A stretch of 64,000 nucleotides of DNA, from the IMG/VR virus record IMGVR_UViG_2854869019_000002, positions 2,707-66,706 of that record, one strand, 5' to 3'. The translations under genes were made by a program, and so were the position numbers. This document shows, in pieces, positions 26,812-37,095 of the stretch. This DNA is from a virus. Lineage: Duplodnaviria; Caudoviricetes. The stretch's first letter is position 1. Every line of letters begins with the position of its first letter. A model generated the notes under the pieces. It was not told where the DNA came from and made no database searches. It saw only the letters and a program-made list of their open reading frames with translations.

Positions 26812-28666
26812 TATGCCTGCGCTGGAGCGTGTGAGCGCTTACGCGCAAGCTGTCCTTGACGGTACTGAGATTGCAGGCCCGCACGTTCGAAACGCTTGCC
26901 AGCGTCATTTCGATGACTTGGCTACAGGGCATGAGCGCGGGCTTTGGTTTGACGATGATGAATCAGATCGTGTGTTCCGTTTCTTTGAAGAGCGCTTGAA
27001 GCTCTCCGAAGGCCAGTTTGAAGGCAAGCCGTTTGAGCTGCATGCATCACAAGCATTCAAGCTCGGATCGTTATTCGGTTGGAAACGTGAAGACGGTTCC
27101 CGCCGTTTTCGTCGCGCCTACATCGAAGAAGGCAAGGGCAACGGTAAGTCGCCTTTCGCTGGTGGCGTCGGGTTGTATGGCTTGATTGCTGACAAGGAAG
27201 CTGGCGCTCAGATTTACGCCGCTGCTGCCAAGAAAGAGCAGGCTGGAATTCTGTTCCAGGACGCTGTGAAAATGGCGCGCGCTGCACCAGCCTTGATGCA
27301 GCGTGTAAAGTTCAGTGGCGGTATGGGGCGTGAGTTTAATATCGCGCACCACAAATCGCAGTCTTTCTTCCGTCCGATCTCAAAGGATTCGGGAAAATCG
27401 GGTTCTGGTCCGCGTCCTCATTTCGCACTCTGCGATGAGGTGCATGAGCATCCAGATCGATCGACGATGGAAATGCTGGAGCGTGGCTTCAAGTTTCGTC
27501 GCCAGCCTTTGCTGCTGATGATCACGAACTCTGGCAGTGACAAGAACAGCATCTGCTGGGAAGAGCACGAGCACGCAGTTCGGGTTGCAGCCGGGACGCA
27601 GACGCCAGACGAGGGATTCAATTACGTCGGTGAAGTCATCGACGATACGACGTTTGCATGGGTTTGCGCGCTAGATAAGGGCGATGACCCTTTGAATGAT
27701 CCGACATGCTGGAAGAAAGCTAATCCACTTCTCGGTGTGATTCTTACGCATGAATATCTTGCAGGCGTTGTTTCTCAGGCCAAACAGATGCCGGGCAAGC
27801 TAAACGGCATTCTGCGCTTGCACTTTTGCTGCTGGACGGATGCCGATAAGGCTTGGATGCCGCGTGAGACTGTCGAAAGCGTCATGGACGACTTCGACCC
27901 CGAAGAGGAACACGCTGAGAAGCCGGTTTTCATGGGTGTCGATCTTTCGGGCAGCAAGGATATGACTGTTCTTGCCTGCGTGGTTCCTACGGGTTTCATG
28001 GAAATGGAACGCGAAGACGGAGCTATAGTCAGTCTGCCGACCTTTGGTGCGTGGGTTGAGGCCTGGACGCCACAGGAAACGCTGCAAGCCAGAGCACAGG
28101 CCGACAAAGCGCCATATGAGTTATGGGTGCAGCAAGGCTGGCTTAACGCCACGCCCGGTAAACGTGTCCGATACGACTTTGTTGCGGCACGCCTCCAGCA
28201 ACTTGATCAGCAGTTTGAAATCAAAGCCATCGCTTACGACCGCTACGCTTACGACAAGTTTCGCGAAGAGGTTGATGCGCTCGGCATTGAAGTCGACCAC
28301 GTTGCGCACCCACAGGGTGGCAAGGTTCGAGCAAAACCTGAACCCGCCAAAGTCGAGGCCGCAAAAGCCGCTGGCCTTCCTGCGCCGCAAGGCTTGTGGA
28401 TGCCGGGATCGGTCTTGGCGCTAGAAGACATGATCATCGACGGTCGGATTCGCATGAGGCGAAACCCTGTGCTGATGACTGCGCTGATGGGCGCCACGTT
28501 TGATCACGACCCGCAGGAAAACCGATGGTTTGTTAAAACCAAAGCCTCGGTACGCATCGATGCTGCCGTCGCTTTGGCAATGGCTATTGGCGCTGCGATG
28601 GACACTCCGATTGAACCGGAACAAAACCTCGATGACTTCATCAACAATATGGTGGTCATCGCTTAA
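26795..28666 (+). CDS. Terminase large subunit
   Basis: GKGNGKS, LCDEVH, KANP, GVDLS, RIDAAVAL. Confidence 0.95.
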   Translation: MICLTDMPALERVSAYAQAVLDGTEIAGPHVRNACQRHFDDLATGHERGLWFDDDESDRVFRFFEERLKLSEGQFEGKPFELHASQAFKLGSLFGWKREDGSRRFRRAYIEEGKGNGKSPFAGGVGLYGLIADKEAGAQIYAAAAKKEQAGILFQDAVKMARAAPALMQRVKFSGGMGREFNIAHHKSQSFFRPISKDSGKSGSGPRPHFALCDEVHEHPDRSTMEMLERGFKFRRQPLLLMITNSGSDKNSICWEEHEHAVRVAAGTQTPDEGFNYVGEVIDDTTFAWVCALDKGDDPLNDPTCWKKANPLLGVILTHEYLAGVVSQAKQMPGKLNGILRLHFCCWTDADKAWMPRETVESVMDDFDPEEEHAEKPVFMGVDLSGSKDMTVLACVVPTGFMEMEREDGAIVSLPTFGAWVEAWTPQETLQARAQADKAPYELWVQQGWLNATPGKRVRYDFVAARLQQLDQQFEIKAIAYDRYAYDKFREEVDALGIEVDHVAHPQGGKVRAKPEPAKVEAAKAAGLPAPQGLWMPGSVLALEDMIIDGRIRMRRNPVLMTALMGATFDHDPQENRWFVKTKASVRIDAAVALAMAIGAAMDTPIEPEQNLDDFINNMVVIA

Positions 28667-28683
28667 CTCACGACGGAGCAAAA

Positions 28684-29928
28684 ATGGGCTTCATTGATAG
28701 ATGGGTCGGAAAGCCCATCAAGCTCACCGACGGCGAGTTCTGGAGAGGTTTCTTTGGCCTTGAAACAACGTCCGGTGAAACAGTCACTTACGAAAAGGCC
28801 CTCGATCTCGATTCCGTATGGGCATGCGTAAATCTCGTAGCTAATTCGGTAAAGACGCTGCCATGCAACGTGTTCAAGGACGACGGCGTCACCATCGATC
28901 GTGAAAACGTTCTGTATGAACTGCTTCATGATATGCCCAATCTTGACGACACAGCGTCTGATTTTTGGGCCATGGTGGCCATGTGCCTTTGTCTTGATGG
29001 TAACTTTTTCGCCGAAAAGAAGGTGATCGGAGGCCGTCTTACAGCTTTGAACCCGTTTCATCCTCTTGCGGTTAAGGTTTGCCGCGACGACAGGAACAAC
29101 CGCTATTACGAAGTGACTGAAACCGCCAAAGGCAAGTCAGGCACGATCCGCCGTGTCAGTGAAGACAAGATGTTTCACGTTCGGGGAATGGTCATTCCTG
29201 GCTGTGATCGTGGTCTTTCTCCTATCGGAGTTGTCAGGAACACTGTCGGCAATGCGCTCGCGGGTGAAAAGACTGCCGGCAAGATGTTTGCCAACGGTAT
29301 GCAGGTTGCGGGCGTGCTTACATCTGATCAAGTATTAAAGGCCGAACAGCGAAAGCAGCTTGGCGAGACGCTAGGTCAGTTTGCCGGGTCTGATAAGGCC
29401 GGAAAGATTGCCGTTCTTGAAGCTGGTCTGCAATACAAGCAACTGACGATCAATCCCCAAGATGCACAGATGCTGGAAACGCGTCAATTCAGTGTTGAGC
29501 AGATCTGTCGCATCTTCGGCGTTCCGCCTGTCATGATTGGCCATGCTTCAAATGGAACGACGACGTGGGGGAGCGGTATCGAGCAGCTAATCCTGCAGTT
29601 TACCAAGACCTGCCTTACACCGTTGCTGCGTAGTATTGAATCAGCGGTCTATCGCGACTTGCTTGATGCCAAAACGCGCAAAACGACTGTCGTTAAGTTT
29701 AACATGGAAGGCCTCTTGCGAGGCGATAGCCAAGCGCGTGCCGAATTCCTTCAAAGGATGGTTCAGAACGGCATTTATACGCCGAATGAAGCGCGATCCT
29801 ATGAAAACAAGGCAGAAATGCCTGGCGGTAACGAGCTCATCGTCAACGGGACAATGCAACCGTTGCACGGCATCGGCCATAACGGCGGGCCATCGCTTGA
29901 TGGCGCGACCGAAACGCGCGCTGCTTAA
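28684..29928 (+). CDS. Portal protein, HK97 family
   Basis: VWACV, GLSPI, DAQMLETRQF, ICRIFGVPP, TPNEAR. Confidence 0.95.
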   Translation: MGFIDRWVGKPIKLTDGEFWRGFFGLETTSGETVTYEKALDLDSVWACVNLVANSVKTLPCNVFKDDGVTIDRENVLYELLHDMPNLDDTASDFWAMVAMCLCLDGNFFAEKKVIGGRLTALNPFHPLAVKVCRDDRNNRYYEVTETAKGKSGTIRRVSEDKMFHVRGMVIPGCDRGLSPIGVVRNTVGNALAGEKTAGKMFANGMQVAGVLTSDQVLKAEQRKQLGETLGQFAGSDKAGKIAVLEAGLQYKQLTINPQDAQMLETRQFSVEQICRIFGVPPVMIGHASNGTTTWGSGIEQLILQFTKTCLTPLLRSIESAVYRDLLDAKTRKTTVVKFNMEGLLRGDSQARAEFLQRMVQNGIYTPNEARSYENKAEMPGGNELIVNGTMQPLHGIGHNGGPSLDGATETRAA

Positions 29929-29937
29929 GGGAATTAA

Positions 29938-31053
29938 ATGAAATATCAGAACATTCTCTCGGCATTCGCTGCCGAGCCGTGGGCAATTGCGCCTGAAAAA
30001 CTGGAGGCGATGACCGCGTTCCTTCTGTTTAAGGCAGAAGGAGGCAGCTTTTCTCCTGATGAAGTAGCTGCGCGCATCAGCAATAAGCGTGCGAATGAAT
30101 TAGCTAAGACGGAAGGCTCCACTGCCGTAATTCCCGTTTATGGCGTTTTGGCACAGCGCATGGACCTGATGTCTGAGATAAGCGGTGGTGTCTCATACCA
30201 GTCGCTGAAACGCAGTATTCATGAGGCTCTTGCAAACGACGACGTGAAGGCTGTTATTCTGGACATCGACAGTCCAGGCGGAGCCGTACCGGGCACTGAC
30301 GAGCTTGCCGCGGAAATCCGATCCCTTCGTGGAGGGGATAAGCCTATCATCGCGCAGGTCAACAGCCTTGCCGCCAGTGCTGCTTATTGGATTGCTTCTG
30401 CTGCTGACGAGATCGTCGTCACCCCATCCGGTCGTGCAGGTTCGATCGGCGTTTACACATCGCACGATGATGTATCGGCTTATCTCGAAAAAAATGGCGT
30501 GAAGCGCACGTACATTTCTGCTGGTAAATACAAGGTCGAAGGCAACGAAGTTGAGCCTTTAGGCGAAGATGCTCGCCAGTTTATTCAGGATCGTGTTGAT
30601 TATTCTTATCGCCGTTTTGTTGAGGCGGTGGCTGAAGGTCGCGGCGTCACGAAGTCCAAAGTAGAGGATGGATTCGGGAATGGTCGCGTATTCTTCGCTC
30701 AAGAACTTATTGACCGTGGAATGGCTGACCGGATCGCCACGCTAGACGAAACACTGGCTCGATATGGCTCCGACACCACGCCCCAACCTATCCGCCGCAT
30801 CAAAGCTGCGAACACCGCGCGTGCGCAGGATGCCGACACGCTGATCGCAAAGATTCGCGACGGTGCAGATATTTCTAAACGTGAGTTCGAGAACGGCCTC
30901 AAGGGTCTTGTTGGCTGTTCGAATTCAGAGGCAGAGCGGGCCGCTCGGCTCTACCTCAAGTCTGATCAGGGGGAACCTGATGTCGATGCGGATGCTGCTG
31001 TTTCGGCGGTGCTAGATCAGCTTATCGCTGAAACAAAATCGTTCAAAATTTAA
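29938..31053 (+). CDS. S49 (SppA/ClpP-like) prohead protease
   Basis: LDIDSPGG, AASAAYWIAS, GSIGV. Confidence 0.93.
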   Translation: MKYQNILSAFAAEPWAIAPEKLEAMTAFLLFKAEGGSFSPDEVAARISNKRANELAKTEGSTAVIPVYGVLAQRMDLMSEISGGVSYQSLKRSIHEALANDDVKAVILDIDSPGGAVPGTDELAAEIRSLRGGDKPIIAQVNSLAASAAYWIASAADEIVVTPSGRAGSIGVYTSHDDVSAYLEKNGVKRTYISAGKYKVEGNEVEPLGEDARQFIQDRVDYSYRRFVEAVAEGRGVTKSKVEDGFGNGRVFFAQELIDRGMADRIATLDETLARYGSDTTPQPIRRIKAANTARAQDADTLIAKIRDGADISKREFENGLKGLVGCSNSEAERAARLYLKSDQGEPDVDADAAVSAVLDQLIAETKSFKI

Positions 31054-31067
31054 CATCAGGAGGACTT

Positions 31068-32273
31068 ATGTCCGAAATTAATCTAGCCGATAAGATCGGC
31101 GAGCTTGGCCAGTCGATTGCTTCCATCAAAGAACAGGTTGGCAATCTTGGTGCTGAGTACACTGCAAAGCTTGAACAGGCTGGCACCGTCTCAACAGAAC
31201 TGAAAGACAGGACCGACAAGGCGCTTTGCGAGCTTGGCGATGTAACTACCCGCATTGGCGAACTTGAAAAGCGCGCAGCTCGCGAGAAGGAAGTAGAACA
31301 CGCTGGCTTCAAGGGCCTCGGTGACTATCTTGTAGAGTCCGAGAAGTTTCTTGCTATGGATAAGGGCGGTCGTGGTTCCGTTCGTGTGAAAGCTGAGCGC
31401 GCTGATATTACTTCGGCAAACACGACTGTAGGTGCTGGCCGATCTGCAAGCACTAGCCTTATTGCCGGTCATCGCGTCCCAGGAATCATCGCGCCACCAA
31501 ACCGTACCTTTACAATCCGCGATCTGCTGGCTCAGGGAGAAACCTCCAGCAACAGTATCGAGTATGTGAAGGAAACGGGCTTTACCAACAATGCCGCACC
31601 AGTGGTGGAAGCCCCAACCACGCCAAAGCCGAAGTCGGACATCACGTTCAACCTCGAAACCACGCCAGTTCGCACAATCGCTCATATCTTCAAGGCTTCC
31701 CGCCAGATCATGGATGATGCGCCAGCGCTTGCTTCGTACATCAATGCACGCGGTACATATGGCCTGAAGTTCGTCGAAGAAGCTCAGCTTCTCAACGGTG
31801 ATGGTACAGGTCAGAACCTGAACGGACTTCTGCCTCAGGCGACCGCCTTTGCTCCAGCGTTTACGCCAGCATCCGCAAACGGCATTGATCGCCTGCGCCT
31901 TGCCGTGTTGCAGGTCATTCTCGCTGAATATCCAGCAACAGGCTTCGTTCTCAATCCAACCGATTGGGCTAAGCTGGAACTGACCAAAGACGGCGAAGGT
32001 CGTTACATCATTGGCAATGCTCAGGGCGCTACTGCTCCGACCCTCTGGAACCTTCCAGTTGTTCAGACGCAGGCGATGGCAGTCAATGAGTTCCTGACCG
32101 GTGCATTTAATCTTGCCGCTCAGATTTTTGACCGTCAGGACGTTGAAGTTCTGCTTTCCAGTGAGAACGAAGACGACTTCGTCAAAAACATGCTGACGAT
32201 CCGCGTGGAAGAGCGCCTTGCTCTTGCCGTATATCGTCCTGAAGCATTCGTTAAGGGCGACGTCGAGGAATAA
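31068..32273 (+). CDS. Major capsid protein, HK97 fold
   Basis: VRTIAH, QIMDDAP, LLNGDG, RVEERLAL.VYRPEAF. Confidence 0.95.
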   Translation: MSEINLADKIGELGQSIASIKEQVGNLGAEYTAKLEQAGTVSTELKDRTDKALCELGDVTTRIGELEKRAAREKEVEHAGFKGLGDYLVESEKFLAMDKGGRGSVRVKAERADITSANTTVGAGRSASTSLIAGHRVPGIIAPPNRTFTIRDLLAQGETSSNSIEYVKETGFTNNAAPVVEAPTTPKPKSDITFNLETTPVRTIAHIFKASRQIMDDAPALASYINARGTYGLKFVEEAQLLNGDGTGQNLNGLLPQATAFAPAFTPASANGIDRLRLAVLQVILAEYPATGFVLNPTDWAKLELTKDGEGRYIIGNAQGATAPTLWNLPVVQTQAMAVNEFLTGAFNLAAQIFDRQDVEVLLSSENEDDFVKNMLTIRVEERLALAVYRPEAFVKGDVEE

Positions 32274-32281
32274 TAGCGGCT

Positions 32282-32306
32282 GGGAGGCTTCGGCCTCCCT
32301 CCCTTT
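32282..32306 (+). terminator. Terminator after capsid gene
   Basis: GGGAGGC TTCG GCCTCCC. Confidence 0.75.
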
Positions 32307-32318
32307 TGGGAGGGTTTA

Positions 32319-32651
32319 ATGGCGCTATTAGAGCTTGAAACAGTCAAACGCTACTTGCGTGTTTTTCATGATGACGAAGACAGCCAAATAGAAATCTATG
32401 CGGCTGCAGCGGAATCAATCGTTACAGAATATCTCGATCGAGAAGTTGTCGCGACCGGCGAATCGCCCGCTTTGCCGGACGGCATCGCTGTTGGTCCCGC
32501 CATTGTTGCGGCAATTTTACTGGTTGCGGCCGATCTGTACGAAAATAGAGAGCCTGACATGGCTACACAGGGAGAGGTTGTTTTACCTCGACACGTGCGC
32601 GCACTTCTCGCTCCATGGCGCGTTTGGCGTTCTATCACTGAAGAGGATTAA
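32319..32651 (+). CDS. Head-tail connector (gp6-like)
   Basis: KRYLRV..DED, AILL..ADLYENRE. Confidence 0.9.
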   Translation: MALLELETVKRYLRVFHDDEDSQIEIYAAAAESIVTEYLDREVVATGESPALPDGIAVGPAIVAAILLVAADLYENREPDMATQGEVVLPRHVRALLAPWRVWRSITEED

Positions 32652-32654
32652 AGA

Positions 32655-33080
32655 ATGCAACCAAAGAATTACAAAACCGACGGCGGCGATACGCTTGTGG
32701 TCGGCGGCAAACTCGTGATCGAGGATGGCGCAACGGTTGAAGGCCTTGAAGGCGGCGGTGCCGGTGCTACTGCTTGGGCCGATATTACGGGCAAGCCGGC
32801 AGTAATTGCCGCTGGCGCTGATCAGGCCGCTGCGCGAACTGCTATTGGAGCGGGTACGTCGAGTTTGGCCGTAGCAACCACAGCTCCTGCAGCTTTGGCA
32901 ATCGCCGCCGCTGTCGGTACTGGCACCACAGCTGCCCGTGCAGATCATGTTCACGCACTCCCTGTCGCTACTGCGCTCCAAGTTGTTGCAGGCACTGGTG
33001 GTCTCGCCGCTGGTAATCTGCAGGTCACACTACAGGCGCTTGCAACTCGTATCGCAGCTCTTGAGGCCGCCGCAGCTTAA
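32655..33080 (+). CDS. Ala-rich head fibre/decoration-like protein
   Basis: WADITGKP, AARADHVH; position in head cluster. Confidence 0.6.
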   Translation: MQPKNYKTDGGDTLVVGGKLVIEDGATVEGLEGGGAGATAWADITGKPAVIAAGADQAAARTAIGAGTSSLAVATTAPAALAIAAAVGTGTTAARADHVHALPVATALQVVAGTGGLAAGNLQVTLQALATRIAALEAAAA

Positions 33081-33304
33081 TGCCCCACGTCCGCTTCTCC
33101 AAAGACTTCGACTGGAAGCCGCTTCCGCAAGCCACCATCGCTTATAAGGCTGGCTGGTCTGGCCTTGTGACCACTCCTTGCGCAGCCGCTGCAATCGAAC
33201 GCAGTAAAGCTGTGCGGCTAAAAACTCCGAGAAAAGGTGAGAAGGATGGCGACACGCAAAGGAGCCAGTGCGCTCAACAACATCGTGGTCTTCCAACAGC
33301 GTGA
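33080..33304 (+). CDS. Small hypothetical virion-module protein
   Basis: TAATG coupling. Confidence 0.6.
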   Translation: MPHVRFSKDFDWKPLPQATIAYKAGWSGLVTTPCAAAAIERSKAVRLKTPRKGEKDGDTQRSQCAQQHRGLPTA

Positions 33305-33596
33305 AGCGGTGAGGGACGAGGGTGGCGGCACGAGCCAGGATTGGGTCGATAAGTTCGAAACTGCTGCTCGTTTGCAGCCGCGCCTTGGTTCTGAAACCGA
33401 CATTGCGGCACGCACGCAAGGTATCCAGCCCTATACGCTTGTTGTCCGCAGCGAACCGCGAACAAGAGGCGTTACTCCTTCATGGCGTGCTCGGAATAAG
33501 CGAACGGGTGTCTTCTATGAGATCCAGTCTTGCGCCAATCCCGACGAGGTCAATCAGTACATTGAAATGCGCGTTGTATTGCAGGGTGGTGGTTGA
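33246..33596 (+). CDS. Head closure / head-tail adaptor
   Basis: D.GGG...W motif; synteny. Confidence 0.8.
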   Translation: MATRKGASALNNIVVFQQREAVRDEGGGTSQDWVDKFETAARLQPRLGSETDIAARTQGIQPYTLVVRSEPRTRGVTPSWRARNKRTGVFYEIQSCANPDEVNQYIEMRVVLQGGG

Positions 33597-34069
33597 TGGC
33601 GGTTTTTGCACGGATTATCGGGCTAGCAAAGCTTGAACAGAAGTTCAAACGCCTGCCAAAAGTCGCTCGCGACTTGGTGCGAGCTGCAATGGAGCAAGGC
33701 GCAGACGATATCGTCGATATGATGAAACGTCGTGTTGCAGAGGACGACGGCGCCCTTCGCAATAGTATCGGCTGGACTTGGGGCAAAGCTCCAAAGGGCA
33801 GCATGGTTATCGCGACAGTCGAAGCCAGCCTCGGAGTTGATTGGACGATCACGATCTATGCTGGCAACAAAGAAGCTTACTACGCTCGATGGATCGAGTT
33901 TGGTACGCAGGGTTTTGCCAATAAAGGCATGTTCCCCGGCACTAAAAATCCCGGACAAGGCAAACAGCCCTTCTTCTACGTCACATGGCGAGCAAAGGAG
34001 AAGGAAGTGAAGCGCCGTATTCGTCGGGCCGTCACCAAAGCCGCAAAAACTGTAGCCGCAGGAGGCTGA
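33596..34069 (+). CDS. HK97 gp10-like tail completion protein
   Basis: DGALRNSI, YARWIEFGT, QPFF. Confidence 0.88.
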   Translation: MAVFARIIGLAKLEQKFKRLPKVARDLVRAAMEQGADDIVDMMKRRVAEDDGALRNSIGWTWGKAPKGSMVIATVEASLGVDWTITIYAGNKEAYYARWIEFGTQGFANKGMFPGTKNPGQGKQPFFYVTWRAKEKEVKRRIRRAVTKAAKTVAAGG

Positions 34070-34072
34070 CGG

Positions 34073-34492
34073 ATGGACCCGGTATGGGAACTGCAAACCG
34101 CGATATATGCGCGGTTATCGCAGAATGCTGCACTGACAACGCTCATCGGCTCTGACAAGGTTTACGACAACCCTCCCGCCGATCCGAGTGGGAATGTACC
34201 GGCCGCAACCTATCCGTATGTTTCGTTTGGCAGCGCTTCAGCATCTGACGACAGTGCGGACTGCATTGATGCGGTAGACGTGACTTTCCAGATCAATTGT
34301 TGGTCGTCTATGCCGAGCCAGAAACAAGTTCGGCAAATAGCTGACACTGTCACCAAGGCGCTTAGGCGATGGGAGCCTCCGCTCGCGGTGAACGCTCTCG
34401 TCACGTTCGATTATTGGCGCGCCGACTATATACGAGCGCCCGGCATCAATCAGGCTTCTATCCAGTACACGGCAGTCATCGAGACGCCGTAG
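34073..34492 (+). CDS. DUF3168 tail terminator
   Basis: LQTAIYARL, VYDNPP, YPYVSFG. Confidence 0.85.
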   Translation: MDPVWELQTAIYARLSQNAALTTLIGSDKVYDNPPADPSGNVPAATYPYVSFGSASASDDSADCIDAVDVTFQINCWSSMPSQKQVRQIADTVTKALRRWEPPLAVNALVTFDYWRADYIRAPGINQASIQYTAVIETP

Positions 34493-34536
34493 CCGCATCA
34501 GCCGGAATTTACCACCACCAAAACACGAGGACCAAT

Positions 34537-34986
34537 ATGGCCCAAGCTACCACGATTAAATCGGGTAAAATCCGCGTATTGCTCGGCAATGACGCAACCC
34601 CGACAGTTTATGAAAATCCCTGCGGTTTCACGCAGCGCTCAATCACCATCACGAAGGGCCTTGAAGAGGTCAATATTCCAGATTGTACGAATCCCGACCT
34701 CGTTGATTGGGTGGGTCGAGATGCAACCAGTCTTTCGATGAGCGTGAGTGGCGAAGGTGTGCTGGCTGCGGAAAGTGTTGACGCATGGCTTGAAGCCGTG
34801 GACAGCATTGACTCCGTGCCCGTGAAAATCGAATGGGAATTCCCTTTGAAGACGATCGTGTGGACCGGCTTCATGCATGTTGAAAGCATGGAAGTTGGTG
34901 CTACCAACGGCCAGCGTGCCACGAACAACGTCAGCCTTCAGTCTGATGGCGTCATGGTTCGTACGTCTACACCGGCTGGTGGCTAA
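34537..34986 (+). CDS. Major tail tube protein
   Basis: PCGFT, SVSGEGV, LQSDG; ACACGAGGAC RBS. Confidence 0.85.
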   Translation: MAQATTIKSGKIRVLLGNDATPTVYENPCGFTQRSITITKGLEEVNIPDCTNPDLVDWVGRDATSLSMSVSGEGVLAAESVDAWLEAVDSIDSVPVKIEWEFPLKTIVWTGFMHVESMEVGATNGQRATNNVSLQSDGVMVRTSTPAGG

Positions 34987-35396
34987 TGCGCGACGCATCG
35001 ATTGAACTAACCTGGGCGGATGGTGATTACACCTTCCGCCTTGGATGGGGCGAGCTGGAAGCGATACAGGAGGCTTGCAGCGCAGGCCCATGGGTAATTC
35101 TTGAGCGCCTAGTATCCAAGCAATGCCACGTTGGCGATATTTCGCATGTTATCAGGCAGGGCCTGATAGGTGGCGACATGAAACCTACTGACGCGACGAA
35201 GCTCGTACAGCGTTATGTCGAAAATCGTCCGCCTGCTGAAAATCTTTTGTTCGCCATCGCAATCCTGCAGGCGGGAATTCAAGGCGTACCGGAGGAGCCT
35301 GTGGGGGAGCAGGGAGCGGCAAGTCAGACCCAATCGACAGTCTCCCAAACGGGAAAATCAGATTTGCCGCCATCTACGGAAACGGAGCCGTCATAG
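34986..35396 (+). CDS. Tail assembly chaperone (G; GTA-gp10-like)
   Basis: WADGDYTFRLG.GEL, IRQGLIGG; follows tail tube. Confidence 0.85.
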   Translation: MRDASIELTWADGDYTFRLGWGELEAIQEACSAGPWVILERLVSKQCHVGDISHVIRQGLIGGDMKPTDATKLVQRYVENRPPAENLLFAIAILQAGIQGVPEEPVGEQGAASQTQSTVSQTGKSDLPPSTETEPS

Positions 35397-35545
35397 GCTA
35401 TACGCCGCAAGACGTTCGCAAAATGTCGATGTGGCAGTATATGGCAGCTTTGGACGGTTATATCAAAGCCAATTCACCCGATGAACCGGGTAAGCTGTCC
35501 GAGTCCGAAAAGGACGAGCTTTGGGATTGGGTTAAGGCTGGGTGA
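35351..35545 (+). CDS. -1 frameshift extension of the tail chaperone (GT)
   Basis: In-frame slippery G GGA AAA at 35351-35357 (alternative G GGG GAG near 35303); -1 frame reads IRFAAIYG..TPQDVRKMSMWQY..DELWDWVKAG. Confidence 0.75.
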   Translation, partial: GKIRFAAIYGNGAVIGYTPQDVRKMSMWQYMAALDGYIKANSPDEPGKLSESEKDELWDWVKAG

Positions 35546-35610
35546 TTAAAACCTGCTTGCCTAGTAGTGTTGACTTAGAATAGCATCCCACTTGTTGCGG
35601 TGGGGTGCTT

Positions 35611-36615
35611 ATGAATTATTTTGTAATTGATGTTGAAACAGCCAATGCCGATTATGCATCTATTTGTCAGATTGGTTTGGTTGAAGTCAAAAATGGAGAA
35701 GTCGTTGGTCGAGAATCACACCTGATTAATCCAGATGACTATTTCGACTCTTTTAACGTATCAATCCACGGAATTTCCGAAGATAATGTGCGCGACTCTC
35801 CGCCATTCTCAGACATTTACGCGTCAGTATTGCCTAAGTTGCGTGATGCAATTGTAGTGCATCACGGGCCGTTTGATAGGGTTGCATTTAACAGATCTTA
35901 CGAAAAATATGGACTAGATCCCTTGGATGTACAATGGTTGGACAACCAGAGAGTGGTTCGCCGTACGTGGGAAGAGTTTGCAAGCAGTGGATATGCACTT
36001 AAGAATCTTGCGCGCCATTTTAAGATAAATTTCAATCATCATGATGCACTTGAAGACGCTCTCACTACTCAGAAAATATTCAACCTTGCGCTGGAAAAGT
36101 CTGGAGTTTCAGCTGCTGATTGGATCACATTAGCGAACCACCGTAACAATTTCTTTGATCAAGGTCGCGCTTTAGGGCAGGGCAATCAATCTGGGCCCTT
36201 CTTTGGAGAGACCATAGTATTTACAGGAAGCTTGCGTGTGGGGCGCGTTGAAGCATCTGAAATTGCTAAACGCCTTGGTTTTAATGTCGAAGCAGGTGTG
36301 ACTAAGCGAACGACCGTGTTGTGTGCCGGAGTTCATGACAGAACCCGTACCGGCGGATACGACAAGAGCAGTAAGCATAGGAAATCCGAAGAACTGAAAC
36401 TGAAAGGTCAGGACATACGAATTTTGTCCGAAGATGATTTCTGGGCGATAGTCCCGGCGCAGATCCGTCCTAATCTGTTGCCCGTGAGATCAAATGTGAC
36501 CCGCGAAACTCAAAGTGCATCGAGTGATTTGTCTTTCGAAATATCTTTGGATTCATTCTTCACCGAAGAAGAACTATCGGAATTGTTGGCAGAATTAGAG
36601 AACTATCCACATTGA
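35611..36615 (+). CDS. DEDDh 3'-5' exonuclease (DnaQ-like) with BRCT domain; AT-rich moron
   Basis: IDVETAN, HHGPFD, HDALEDA; IVFTG..GVTKRTTVL..SSK..ILSEDDF. Confidence 0.88.
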   Translation: MNYFVIDVETANADYASICQIGLVEVKNGEVVGRESHLINPDDYFDSFNVSIHGISEDNVRDSPPFSDIYASVLPKLRDAIVVHHGPFDRVAFNRSYEKYGLDPLDVQWLDNQRVVRRTWEEFASSGYALKNLARHFKINFNHHDALEDALTTQKIFNLALEKSGVSAADWITLANHRNNFFDQGRALGQGNQSGPFFGETIVFTGSLRVGRVEASEIAKRLGFNVEAGVTKRTTVLCAGVHDRTRTGGYDKSSKHRKSEELKLKGQDIRILSEDDFWAIVPAQIRPNLLPVRSNVTRETQSASSDLSFEISLDSFFTEEELSELLAELENYPH

Positions 36616-36653
36616 AATGCTGATAAATGGGCGATCCTCACCAAAGAGACGAC

Positions 36654-36947
36654 CTATTTATCTTCACTCTGACGTGCGATAGGTAGCTTATCAAAGTGAG
36701 ACCGCACTGCTTTATCCAGCGTACGCAGTCCACTTGCCAATTCTGGCTCGTCTTTGATTGCATACGAGTTAGCATAGCTTGTCACCGCCGAAGCGAGTGT
36801 CGGGATCATAAGGCCTGCGTCTATCAATATCCTGATAGCCTCGCCTCGCGACCTTATCCTGTGCGCGAAAGACCAGTCATCAACAGCCTCCAACTCTGAA
36901 GGCGTGAGCATAACTGCAATTCGCTGATCTTTAAGCTCTTTTGTCAT
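36654..36947 (-). CDS. Ribbon-helix-helix-type repressor
   Basis: RIAVMLT.SEL.AVDDW...RIRSRGEAIRILI. Confidence 0.75.
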   Translation of the reverse strand: MTKELKDQRIAVMLTPSELEAVDDWSFAHRIRSRGEAIRILIDAGLMIPTLASAVTSYANSYAIKDEPELASGLRTLDKAVRSHFDKLPIARQSEDK

Positions 36948-36960
36948 ACCGATTAAATAA

Positions 36961-37045
36961 CCCAAGTTTGCAACTTGGGCAAGTTTGTTGACATGTTCAT
37001 TTGTTCATGGCAACTTGTGCAAGTGTGAATGTTGCACAAGTTGCG
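36961..37045. promoter_or_regulatory. Operator repeats between RHH gene and antirepressor
   Basis: CAACTTGGGCAAGT, CAACTTGTGCAAGT and inverted GCACAAGTTGC around TTGACA. Confidence 0.6.
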
Positions 37046-37095
37046 GTGAGGCTGTTCGCAGCAGTCCTCACCGCTGGCCCCAGAAGGATTGAAAC

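Noticed and set aside
36995-37006. LexA box before the antirepressor
   Set aside because: GTTC-N4-GTTC has the wrong spacing (needs N7)
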